Part shown: positions 39,756 through 48,330 of the stretch, in pieces | Layout: the number at the start of each line of letters is the position of its first letter | How positions within the stretch are numbered: the stretch's first letter is position 1 | DNA from: Flavobacteriales bacterium | Lineage (GTDB): Bacteria; Bacteroidota; Bacteroidia; Flavobacteriales_D; Crocinitomicaceae | Assembly (NCBI GenBank): GCA_947461635.1 | Contig: CANHMH010000001.1 | Location: forward strand, 1-57,111 | DNA length: 57,111 nucleotides | Reading direction: 5' to 3' | Translations under genes and position numbers: made by a program | Notes under the pieces: generated by a model | What the model saw: only the letters and a program-made list of their open reading frames with translations | Database searches by the model: none | What the model was told of the DNA's origin: nothing

Positions 39756-41218
39756 GATTCATTTTCATCTAAAATCAAATCGCCTGGACCCCAAGTTCCT
39801 GCTTCGTAAAGAACATTCGACATGTTACTCGATTTCCAAGAATTGGTTATGGATTCAATGTATGTCCATGCCGCTTGTAACTCATCTTGACGCATAAAGA
39901 GCGTTTGATTTCCACGAATTACATCAATAATTAATCGTTCATAAGCATCAGGAAAACGTTCTTTGAACGAATCAACATAATCTAATTTCAAAGCGATTGG
40001 CTTGTAACGGTATCCACCAGGACCCGGGATTTTGGTCATTTGAATAAGTTCAATGCGTTCCTCTGGTTGAAGGCGGATAATTAATTTATTGTTGTTTAAT
40101 TTTTCTTTTGAAGGGAAAATATTGTGACGTACTTCTTTGAAGTTGATCACGATTTCCGAATAACGTTTGATCATTCTTTTTCCAGTTCTCAAATAAAAAG
40201 GAACGTTTTTCCATCTCCAATTATCCACATAGGCTTTCATCGCAACAAAAGTCTCCGTTTTGGATTCGTATTTTTCGATGTCCTCCAAATAAGAACTTAC
40301 TTGAACGCCATTGATTTTACCTCGCGTATATTGTCCTTTTACGGTATCGGTTTGTACTGTTTTTTTATTGAGTGGACGTAACGCACGAAGAACTTTTAGT
40401 TTTTCATTTCGAACTTCATCCGCTTCCAAAGAAACAGGTGGTTCCATCGCCACTAGACAAAGTAATTGGAGCAAGTGATTTTGTACCATGTCCAATAATG
40501 CCCCCGAATTATCATAATAGGAAGCACGTTTTTCAACACCTAAACTTTCAGCAACAGTAATTTGTATGCTATCAATGTTTTCGGAATTCCAAGCGCGTTC
40601 AAATAAATTATTTGCAAAGCGCAAGACCATTAAATTTTGAACCGTTTCCTTTCCTAAGTAATGATCTATGCGGTAGATTTGATGTTCGTCAAACGCTTGA
40701 GTGATTTCGTCGTTGATGGCATTGGAGGACTCTAAACTATATCCCAACGGTTTCTCGATAACAACTTTACTTGTTTCATTTACAAGGTCACACGCTTTAA
40801 GTGTTCTTGCAATTGGTCCGAATGCCGAAGATGGGGTAGAGAAGTAGTAAATGTTTTGAAAACTAGGGAATTGCTTGATGAAAGCACTTAGTTCCGAATA
40901 ATCTTCCATTGTGGCATCAGCAACCTTGATTAATTTTATTTTTTTATTAAATTTTTCAATTTCATCTTTATGATAACGGTGGTGATCACTCACTTCTAAA
41001 AAGGGGGTGAGCTTATCAAAAAAATCTTTTTCATCAGGATCTTTTCGTGTAATACCAATAATATTATATTCGATATTTAGTTGTCCATCAAGGTCTCTGT
41101 GAAATAATGCGGGATAGATTTTGCGAATCGCAAGATCACCATCTCCACCAAATACCACAATATTAAACGATTGAAAACGTTCTTTACTGTAATTGGTTTT
41201 TTTATTGTTTGCATTCAT
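39728..41218 (-). CDS. zwf: Glucose-6-phosphate 1-dehydrogenase
   Basis: FGGDGDLA NADP motif, active-site RIDHYLGKE and EKPLG. Confidence 0.95.
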   Translation of the reverse strand: MNANNKKTNYSKERFQSFNIVVFGGDGDLAIRKIYPALFHRDLDGQLNIEYNIIGITRKDPDEKDFFDKLTPFLEVSDHHRYHKDEIEKFNKKIKLIKVADATMEDYSELSAFIKQFPSFQNIYYFSTPSSAFGPIARTLKACDLVNETSKVVIEKPLGYSLESSNAINDEITQAFDEHQIYRIDHYLGKETVQNLMVLRFANNLFERAWNSENIDSIQITVAESLGVEKRASYYDNSGALLDMVQNHLLQLLCLVAMEPPVSLEADEVRNEKLKVLRALRPLNKKTVQTDTVKGQYTRGKINGVQVSSYLEDIEKYESKTETFVAMKAYVDNWRWKNVPFYLRTGKRMIKRYSEIVINFKEVRHNIFPSKEKLNNNKLIIRLQPEERIELIQMTKIPGPGGYRYKPIALKLDYVDSFKERFPDAYERLIIDVIRGNQTLFMRQDELQAAWTYIESITNSWKSSNMSNVLYEAGTWGPGDLILDENESWITKSWRD

Positions 41219-41240
41219 TTTAAACCATATTAGTTTGTGT

Positions 41241-41248
41241 CAAAAATA
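41241..41248 (-). promoter_or_regulatory. -7 box TATTTTTG (minus strand) upstream of zwf
   Basis: Plus strand reads CAAAAATA, 22 nt upstream of ATG 41218. Confidence 0.5.
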
Positions 41249-41323
41249 CACTAAGTAAATGATAAGCGCAATAATTTTACCTAAATTTAGCAACTATTTA
41301 ATGTTTATAACGTCTTTTAGCCG

Positions 41324-44089
41324 ATGATGATTAAAACGATTTTCCTATCCCTTGCCTTTTTGTTGTTTTCTACAAATAATTGGGCTCAAACGTTTGTTTT
41401 TGGCCAACTCACTGGGTCTCCAAATATGATTACAACAGGTTGGAATTTAACAGGAAACGCGCACATTGGAGATACCCCTGGTGACGTGGATGCCTTCAAT
41501 AATGAATTGCTGCTTACAAATAATACTACAGGACAATCCGGAGGTGTTTTTTACAATACGCCAATCAATCTCTCTGCTTGTCAGACATGGACTGTTGATT
41601 TTGAATACCGAATAGCAGGTGGAAACGCTGCCGATGGTTTAGCTTTTTGCTTTTTAAGTGTTCCTCCAACTGGATTTGTGAGTGGAGGTGGGGTCGGGAT
41701 TCCAGGAACAGCCAATGGACTTAAAGTTGTTATTGACACCTACGATAATTGTAGTCAAGGCGGCACAAATCCCGAAATTCAAATTTTCAATGGTGTTGGT
41801 TACAACGAATGTTTACCAGCTACTCCGAAGCTTCAAAATTCAGGAGGTTCCTTAAATTATTTACGAAACACCAACTATCAACCGGTGAAAATCATCTACA
41901 ACAATGGATTGGTGACAGTATTAGTTAATAATATTCAACTTTTGCAAGCAACTTCTCCAGTTAATTTTACGGGATATGTCGGTTTTACGGCAAGTACGGG
42001 AGCTTTGTATGATTTGCATTCGATCCGAAATGTCACCATTTATACAAATCAAGCCGTTTCAAATGCGGGTGTCGATGCGACAACTTGTTCTTCAACAGGG
42101 GTGACCATTGGGGCCGCACCAAATCCATTGAACGTATATAGTTGGTCTCCCGCTATTGGGCTTTCATCTACAACTGCAGCAAATCCTATAGTTACCTTGC
42201 CGAATACAACAGGTGTTCCAATTACTCAGACTTACACGGTAACGACATCATTGGCGGCAAATCCAGGACTTTGTCCAACAACGGATCAAATAAACGTAAC
42301 GATTTTCCCAGAATTTACAAGTACCATTTCCCAAACAATCTGTAATGGTGGGCCATATTTATTCAATGGTCAGTCACTTACGCAATCCGGAGTCTATTAT
42401 GATACCTTAAATACAATCCATAGTTGTGATTCAATTGTTACCTTGAATTTGACTATCGGTAATGCACAAGCAAATGCAGGTCCAGATATTTTTATCTGTT
42501 CCGATGAGATTGCAAATTTGGGTGTTACTCCACAAACAGGTTACACGTATTCATGGAGTCCGGCAACAAATTTATCCTCCTCTTCGATTTCGAATCCATC
42601 GGTATCTGCAGTAAATACAACGGGTATTCCAATTGTGCAAAACTACACGCTTTCCACTAGTTCGGCGAGTAATCCAGGTTTATGTCCATCCTCCGACCAA
42701 GTACAAGTAACGATTTATCCAAAATTCATTACCAATCTCACAGATACACTTTGTAATGGTGGACCATATAATTTCAATGGCCAATCGATCACCCAATCCG
42801 GAACGTACAGCGATACATTATCAAGCGTATATAGTTGTGACTCGATTGTGAATTTGAACATTGTGATATCGACGGAACCCCAATTTAATCTTTTGGATAC
42901 AGTCATGTGTATTGGTACTAGTTTGACTTTAGCTCCTCAAAACACGAATGGTACTTACACCTATACATGGACTCCACAAATGGCCATTCCAAGTAGTAAC
43001 GGGAACATGACATGGAATCCAACTGTTTCAAATGAATTTTTCTTACTGGCAACGAATAATTATGGGTGTACACATCTCGATTCGCTTGATTTAACGGTGA
43101 ATCCACTTCCAGTAATGGGACTTGTTGCCTCAGCTCAAGCACTCTGTCCGAATGAAAGTTTAACCTTAACTTCATCTGGGGGAGCAACCTATTCATGGAG
43201 TGGACCAGGTGTGACAAACAGCACCGGAAACATTCAATCAATCATTCCAACTGGAACAGGAATTTTTCAAGTAATTGGTTATACACCTGAGGGATGTGTA
43301 GATTCCATTCAAACCAATTTTACTTTATATCCGAAACCTATTTTGACATTAACTGCGGATCAAGAAATCTGTGACGGAGAAATTGCGTCGATGACCGTTT
43401 CTGGTGCTGATTCATATGTTTGGAATCCATCAAATCTCGTTGGAACACAAGTCTACGTGAGTCCGTCATTTACAACATCTTATCAAGTCATTGGTTTTAA
43501 TCAATTTAATTGTTCTGACACTGCGATTTCGATAGTAACCGTTCACCCAAATCCAGTGGCAACTATCGGTGCTGAACCATTTCTTCTAACCAGTGACTCA
43601 CCAAATGTGACGTTTACGAATTTATCCACGGGTCAACTAATCTCCACCTGGAATTTTGGTGATGGAACAATTATGGAAGAATCAAACACAAACTTTGAAT
43701 ACCAATATCCTTTTGATGAAGGAAATTACACGGTTGAACTTGTCGTGGAAAGTCAATTTGGTTGTAAAGATTCTACCACGCAAATTATTCAAGTGAAAGG
43801 TGATGTATTGTATTACGTTCCGAATTCATTTACTCCAGATGGAGACGAGCACAACAATACGTTTAGTCCTGTATTTACCTCCGGATTCATACCAGGAACT
43901 TATCAATTTGATGTGTATAATCGTTGGGGTGAAATGATTTTCTCTTCTCAGAATCCTGAAATTGGTTGGGACGGTTATTTTAACTTTGTCAAATGTCCTG
44001 AAGGAATGTATGCTTATAACATTAAATTTGTCGTGAGTTCATCGAATGAACATCGATCAATAACTGGACACGTAAATTTGCTTAAATAA
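41324..44089 (+). CDS. T9SS type B (CHU_C / gliding-motility C-terminal) sorting-domain protein with N-terminal L-type-lectin-like domain
   Basis: Signal peptide. Legume-lectin-like head (ADGLAFCF...GYVGFTASTG). A tandem ~135-aa duplication, Ig-like Cys modules and a PKD-like block (WNFGDGT). The C-terminus is YYVPNSFTPDGDEHNNTFSPVF...YNRWGE...GWDG. Confidence 0.8.
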   Translation: MMIKTIFLSLAFLLFSTNNWAQTFVFGQLTGSPNMITTGWNLTGNAHIGDTPGDVDAFNNELLLTNNTTGQSGGVFYNTPINLSACQTWTVDFEYRIAGGNAADGLAFCFLSVPPTGFVSGGGVGIPGTANGLKVVIDTYDNCSQGGTNPEIQIFNGVGYNECLPATPKLQNSGGSLNYLRNTNYQPVKIIYNNGLVTVLVNNIQLLQATSPVNFTGYVGFTASTGALYDLHSIRNVTIYTNQAVSNAGVDATTCSSTGVTIGAAPNPLNVYSWSPAIGLSSTTAANPIVTLPNTTGVPITQTYTVTTSLAANPGLCPTTDQINVTIFPEFTSTISQTICNGGPYLFNGQSLTQSGVYYDTLNTIHSCDSIVTLNLTIGNAQANAGPDIFICSDEIANLGVTPQTGYTYSWSPATNLSSSSISNPSVSAVNTTGIPIVQNYTLSTSSASNPGLCPSSDQVQVTIYPKFITNLTDTLCNGGPYNFNGQSITQSGTYSDTLSSVYSCDSIVNLNIVISTEPQFNLLDTVMCIGTSLTLAPQNTNGTYTYTWTPQMAIPSSNGNMTWNPTVSNEFFLLATNNYGCTHLDSLDLTVNPLPVMGLVASAQALCPNESLTLTSSGGATYSWSGPGVTNSTGNIQSIIPTGTGIFQVIGYTPEGCVDSIQTNFTLYPKPILTLTADQEICDGEIASMTVSGADSYVWNPSNLVGTQVYVSPSFTTSYQVIGFNQFNCSDTAISIVTVHPNPVATIGAEPFLLTSDSPNVTFTNLSTGQLISTWNFGDGTIMEESNTNFEYQYPFDEGNYTVELVVESQFGCKDSTTQIIQVKGDVLYYVPNSFTPDGDEHNNTFSPVFTSGFIPGTYQFDVYNRWGEMIFSSQNPEIGWDGYFNFVKCPEGMYAYNIKFVVSSSNEHRSITGHVNLLK
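42062..42874 (+). repeat. Tandem duplication of a ~135-aa unit within the lectin-head T9SS gene
   Basis: aa 247-381 and aa 384-517 align throughout: NAG.D...C....YSWSP...LSS....NP.V......G.PI.Q.YT..TS.A.NPGLCP..DQ..VTI.P.F.....T.CNGGPY.FNGQS.TQSG.Y.DTL....SCDSIV.LN. By eye they are roughly 50% identical. Confidence 0.8.
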
Positions 44090-44098
44090 TAGGCTGGG

Positions 44099-46870
44099 AT
44101 GAAAAGAAGAATATATATTTCTGTACAGTATATTTTTGTTTTCTTTTCGCTATTATTTTTCGAACAAAAGCCTCTAGCTCAAAATATTTCAGGTGTCGTA
44201 AATTCATATGTTGCTGTTAGCGCAGTTGGTATAAATAATGCTACCGTTTCAGCAATAGGTCCATTTCAAGTTGGGGATAAAGTCCTGATCATTCAAATGA
44301 AAGGTGCCACCATAACCACAACGAACACGGTTGCATTTGGAACGATTACTGCACTTGGTTCTGCTGGGAATTTTGAATTTGCCACAATTTCATCGATCAA
44401 TGGAAATACGGTTACTTTTTCCAGTAATTTATGTAAAACATATTCTCCATCAGGGAAAGTACAATTGGTTAAAGTTCCTATTTATACGAATGTCACAATA
44501 GTTGGTACGGTAACAGCACAACCATGGAACGGGACAATAGGAGGAATCGTTGCCATCGAGGCAACAAATAGCATAACGTTCAATGCGAATATCAATGTTT
44601 CCGGTCAAGGATTCCTTGGTGGAGCTGTTTTTACAGGTTGGTTTGCTTGCAGTGATCCGAATTATGCCAATCAAAATGCAGGAAAAAAAGGGGAAGGAAT
44701 AGCGATCCCTCCAGTAACAATGGATGCCAATCGTGCTCCTCTTGCTAATGGCGGAGGTGGAGCCAATACTGGAAATCCAGGAGCAGGGGGTGGAGGAAAT
44801 GGCGGAATCGGTGGAAGAGGTGGGAATGAATTTTATGGTGGTTGTCAATTGAATAACTCTTTTGGATTAGGAGGGAAAGCTCCTAGTTATGCTCTTTTTA
44901 AAGCATTTCTTGGTGGCGGTGGAGGCGGTGGCTACAAAGATAATGGACTGAATGCTACAGCAGGTTCAAACGGTGGCGGAATGGTTTTTTTAACTTCACC
45001 AACCATTAACGGAAACAATTTTACAGTTGATGCACGTGGAGCAAATGTCATTGGAAATACGGATTCAGAAGGTGCGGGGGGAGGTGGAGCCGGTGGTTCT
45101 ATCTATTACATGTGTCCGAACACAACTTCTAATATGAATTTAGATCTTCGCGGCGGAAGCGGAGGGAATATTTTTAGCACGTTATGGTCTTCGGCATGCC
45201 ATGGACCAGGCGGCGGCGGCGGCGGCGGAGCAGTTTCTTATCAGCAAGCTACTATTCCCGCAAATGTCACCAATTTATTAGCAGGAGGAAATCCAGGAAT
45301 GGTTTTACATACAGGTCCGGCTTGCGCAGGAACATCGCATGGTGCGGCAGGTGGTGCTGCGGGAATCCAAGTGTTCAATTTTCCTGTACCAGCAGCTCCT
45401 GTATTACCAAACTTGGGTCCCGATAGTTCAATTTGTGCGGGACAAACAATTACGCTACAAACTTCGACGGCTTTTAATTCATATGTATGGAATAACGGTC
45501 TGACGACGGCTTCCATTTCTATTAATTCTCCAGGGATTTATTGGGTTGATGTCCCAAGTGGCTGTACAACAGTTAGGGATTCCATTGTTGTTAGTTTGAG
45601 TAGTTTTACATTTGATGTTGGCCTGGATATTACGATTTGTGAAGGTGTTAATTCCGTTATTCAATCGAATGGAAGTTTTACTTCAATTATATGGAATACA
45701 ACTGAAACTACGAATTCCATTCAAGTTAATACACCAGGAATCTATTGGGCTACAGCAACAAATGCAAATGGTTGCACAGAACAAGATTCAATGGAAGTAT
45801 TTGAAACTCCAACTGTTTATTCAAGTTATGCTGATTCCATTTGCTCAGGATCTAGCTATTCTTTTTATGGTCAAAGTTTAAGTCAAGCTGGAGTATACGT
45901 CGACACTTTACAAAGTGTGCTAGGTTGTGATTCAATTGTTACTTTGCAATTGTCAATTATACAACCGATAACTACCAACATATCTGCTTCTATTTGTGCT
46001 GGAGACACCTATGCGTTCAATGGGCAAAACATTTCTTTAGCAGGACAATACTCAGTGACTGTTCCTTCCGTATTCGGCTGTGATTCTATTCTGCAATTAA
46101 CGTTGACGGTAAATCCCTTGCCGATTGTGACTGTTCAAGATACCATGGTTTGTGAGAGTACCTCATTGAATTTAGTTGCCAATGGAGCAATTACTTATGT
46201 GTGGGATGTCCCTCAAAATCAAAATGGAAGTATTTCAGTTACGCCGTCACAAACAACGATTTATCATGTTTATGGTATTGATGCTCTTGGCTGTGTTTCT
46301 ACGACAGAAGCGCTTACAGTTACCGTTGATCCAACACCAATTCCAAATTTTTACATCGACCCAGACCAAGTGGAAATAGATGATCCGACGATTTCTATTT
46401 ACAATGTTACACCTGGAAACAATCAAAATACCTGGACCATTCAAGGTGCTAGTTTTGTGAATAATCAAAGTTCTTTCGATTTTCCTTTGCCTTTTCATGA
46501 GGGAACTTATACTGTTCAATTAATCTGTGCAACGTCTTTGGGTTGTTCCGATTCCCTTCAATTAACAGCTACCGTTCGTGATAATGTAGCGTTGTACGTC
46601 CCAAATACATTTACACCGGATGGGGAGGAGTTTAACACCGTTTTTCTCCCCGTTTTCTCAACTGGATTTACGCCAATGAATTACCGTTTGTCCATTTACA
46701 ATCGATGGGGTGGGACTATTTTTGAATCCGCAAATCACTTGATTGGATGGGATGGTCGTTTGGATTTCGTCATGTGTCCGGACGGGATTTATAACTATCA
46801 GATTAGTTACACGAAAAAAGATGGGGAAAGTCCAATTGTAATGGATGGACACGTGACATTATTGCGTTAA
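44099..46870 (+). CDS. T9SS type B sorting-domain protein with N-terminal Gly-rich (predicted beta-solenoid-like) region
   Basis: Signal peptide and poly-Gly blocks (GGGGANTGNPGAGGGGNGGIGGRGG, GGGGGGGYKDNG, EGAGGGGAGGS, HGPGGGGGGGA). Cys modules follow. The C-terminus is LYVPNTFTPDGEEFNTVFLPVF...YNRWGG...GWDG. Confidence 0.8.
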   Translation: MKRRIYISVQYIFVFFSLLFFEQKPLAQNISGVVNSYVAVSAVGINNATVSAIGPFQVGDKVLIIQMKGATITTTNTVAFGTITALGSAGNFEFATISSINGNTVTFSSNLCKTYSPSGKVQLVKVPIYTNVTIVGTVTAQPWNGTIGGIVAIEATNSITFNANINVSGQGFLGGAVFTGWFACSDPNYANQNAGKKGEGIAIPPVTMDANRAPLANGGGGANTGNPGAGGGGNGGIGGRGGNEFYGGCQLNNSFGLGGKAPSYALFKAFLGGGGGGGYKDNGLNATAGSNGGGMVFLTSPTINGNNFTVDARGANVIGNTDSEGAGGGGAGGSIYYMCPNTTSNMNLDLRGGSGGNIFSTLWSSACHGPGGGGGGGAVSYQQATIPANVTNLLAGGNPGMVLHTGPACAGTSHGAAGGAAGIQVFNFPVPAAPVLPNLGPDSSICAGQTITLQTSTAFNSYVWNNGLTTASISINSPGIYWVDVPSGCTTVRDSIVVSLSSFTFDVGLDITICEGVNSVIQSNGSFTSIIWNTTETTNSIQVNTPGIYWATATNANGCTEQDSMEVFETPTVYSSYADSICSGSSYSFYGQSLSQAGVYVDTLQSVLGCDSIVTLQLSIIQPITTNISASICAGDTYAFNGQNISLAGQYSVTVPSVFGCDSILQLTLTVNPLPIVTVQDTMVCESTSLNLVANGAITYVWDVPQNQNGSISVTPSQTTIYHVYGIDALGCVSTTEALTVTVDPTPIPNFYIDPDQVEIDDPTISIYNVTPGNNQNTWTIQGASFVNNQSSFDFPLPFHEGTYTVQLICATSLGCSDSLQLTATVRDNVALYVPNTFTPDGEEFNTVFLPVFSTGFTPMNYRLSIYNRWGGTIFESANHLIGWDGRLDFVMCPDGIYNYQISYTKKDGESPIVMDGHVTLLR
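45209..45226 (+). repeat. (GGC)6 trinucleotide microsatellite encoding poly-Gly
   Basis: cca ggc ggc ggc ggc ggc ggc gga, read directly from the sequence. It is strongly GC-rich in an AT-rich genome. Confidence 0.95.
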
Positions 46871-47431
46871 AAACTCATTTTTTGCGTCGAACATAAAGCG
46901 GTGGAATACATCTTCTATTTGCTTTTCCTTTTGATCAAAAACAAGGTGTGCTATGGGTAATTTCGTTTCGAAAGAAATGCGTTTTGCTACCCCTTCACAA
47001 GATTTCATTAATCCATATTTTGTTGGGTAATGGTTCATCCATTGATGCGTGCGAAGTTTGTGCATGAATTCAATGAATGTATCTGGGTAATGCTCCAGAA
47101 AATCCGTTTCATGTGTATAAAAATCATCTAAGAAGTTCGTGTATTCTGTAGAGTGAAAGTGTTCCCAATTTCGCGCAAGTAAATGGTCAAAAAATAAATC
47201 TACCGCAACTGGTCCTACTTTCGGTAGCTCTGACATCAAGTCGAATTTTAATTCCTTGACCAATGGATGATTGTCGATATAAAAATCAATTCTTCGGTGT
47301 AATTTAATTCCCTGTTGAATCACTTCTGGAAAGTGTTCATGTTTCGATCCACGTGCAAAATCACCAAAGAGATTGGCAAGCATCAACTCTTTGTCATTTC
47401 CGGAAAAGTAAAGGTGTCCTAAAAAATTCAT
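46859..47431 (-). CDS. acpH: Acyl carrier protein phosphodiesterase
   Basis: MNFLGHLYFSGNDKELMLANLFGDFARG...HRRIDFYIDNHP matches the AcpH (DUF479) N-terminus. ATG 47431 is used because the listed upstream extension translates a terminator hairpin. Confidence 0.7.
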   Translation of the reverse strand: MNFLGHLYFSGNDKELMLANLFGDFARGSKHEHFPEVIQQGIKLHRRIDFYIDNHPLVKELKFDLMSELPKVGPVAVDLFFDHLLARNWEHFHSTEYTNFLDDFYTHETDFLEHYPDTFIEFMHKLRTHQWMNHYPTKYGLMKSCEGVAKRISFETKLPIAHLVFDQKEKQIEDVFHRFMFDAKNEFLTQ

Positions 47432-47434
47432 GGT

Positions 47435-47461
47435 AAAAAAAAATCCTGCCGAAGCAGGACT
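47435..47461 (-). terminator. Rho-independent terminator after the DUF2795 gene
   Basis: Minus strand reads AGTCCTGC-TTCG-GCAGGA followed by T9. It is a GC-rich stem with a UUCG tetraloop. Confidence 0.85.
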
Positions 47462-47464
47462 CAT

Positions 47465-47686
47465 TTAATATTCATCTTCGTTAAAGAGAAAATCTTCTCT
47501 TGACGGATAATCAGGCCAGATTTCTTCGATGCTTTCGTACATATCACCTTCATCTTCTAGGTCTTGTAGGTTTTCTACAACTTCTAATGGAGCTCCCGTG
47601 CGAATCGCGAAATCAATTAATTCCTCTTTCGTTGCTGGCCATGGAGCATCTTCTAAATAAGAAGCTAGTTCTAAAGTCCAATACAT
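47465..47686 (-). CDS. DUF2795 domain-containing small acidic protein
   Basis: 73 aa. The pattern WPATKEELIDFAIRTGAPLEVVENLQDLEDEG is typical of DUF2795. Confidence 0.65.
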   Translation of the reverse strand: MYWTLELASYLEDAPWPATKEELIDFAIRTGAPLEVVENLQDLEDEGDMYESIEEIWPDYPSREDFLFNEDEY

Positions 47687-47714
47687 AATTCTTTGTTTTA
47701 GGTGTTAATTTTGG

Positions 47715-47722
47715 CAAAAGTA
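47715..47722 (-). promoter_or_regulatory. -7 box TACTTTTG (minus strand) upstream of the DUF2795 gene
   Basis: Plus strand reads CAAAAGTA, 28 nt upstream of ATG 47686. Confidence 0.45.
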
Positions 47723-47781
47723 ATTTTTATTTCCAATAAAGCAAATTAAAAATGAAAACTATGCAATAAAGCAACCGTAAT

Positions 47782-48330
47782 TTAATATCGGGGTTTCCAT
47801 TCTTGTTCCTTAATTCCGAGTTCTTGGGCGATGATTCTCCCTAATACGAATAAGTAATCACTCAATCTATTTAAATAGGTAATCACTAGCGGAGCAACAA
47901 AGTCATGTTCATCTAAGGTAACAACCAAACGTTCCGTTCGACGACATACGCAGCGACAAACATGTATGTGTCCAACGAAAGGATGTCCGCCAGGTAAAAC
48001 AAAACTTGTTAATTCCGGAAGTTTGTCCTCCATTTCATCCATCCAATCTTCCAATCTTTCCACATCAGACTCTAGTAGGTCTGGAATTTTCATATTGGAT
48101 TTTTCAGGATCGGAGGCTAAACTCGAGCCAATCGTAAATAAACGGTCTTGTATTTCGATGAGTTGTTGAATAGCTGTATTGTTGATGTCGAAAGAGCGAA
48201 TCAATCCAACGTAGGAATTAAGTTCATCTACTGTTCCGTAAGCTTCAATGCGCAATTCTCCTTTCGATACACGTGTGCCTCCGATTAATCCGGTATGACC
48301 TTGGTCGCCTTTTTTTGTATATATTTTCAT
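47782..48330 (-). CDS. PduO-type ATP:cob(I)alamin adenosyltransferase
   Basis: MKIYTKKGDQGHTGLIGGTRVSKGELRIEAYGTVDELNSYVG is the family N-terminus. ATG 48330 overlaps the ispH stop (ATGA). Confidence 0.8.
   Translation of the reverse strand: MKIYTKKGDQGHTGLIGGTRVSKGELRIEAYGTVDELNSYVGLIRSFDINNTAIQQLIEIQDRLFTIGSSLASDPEKSNMKIPDLLESDVERLEDWMDEMEDKLPELTSFVLPGGHPFVGHIHVCRCVCRRTERLVVTLDEHDFVAPLVITYLNRLSDYLFVLGRIIAQELGIKEQEWKPRY

Noticed and set aside
47432-47464. N-terminal extension MSPASAGFFFT of the AcpH ORF
   Set aside because: These codons translate the GC-rich UUCG hairpin and T-run of the upstream terminator. The conserved AcpH N-terminus MNFLGHLY begins at ATG 47431.
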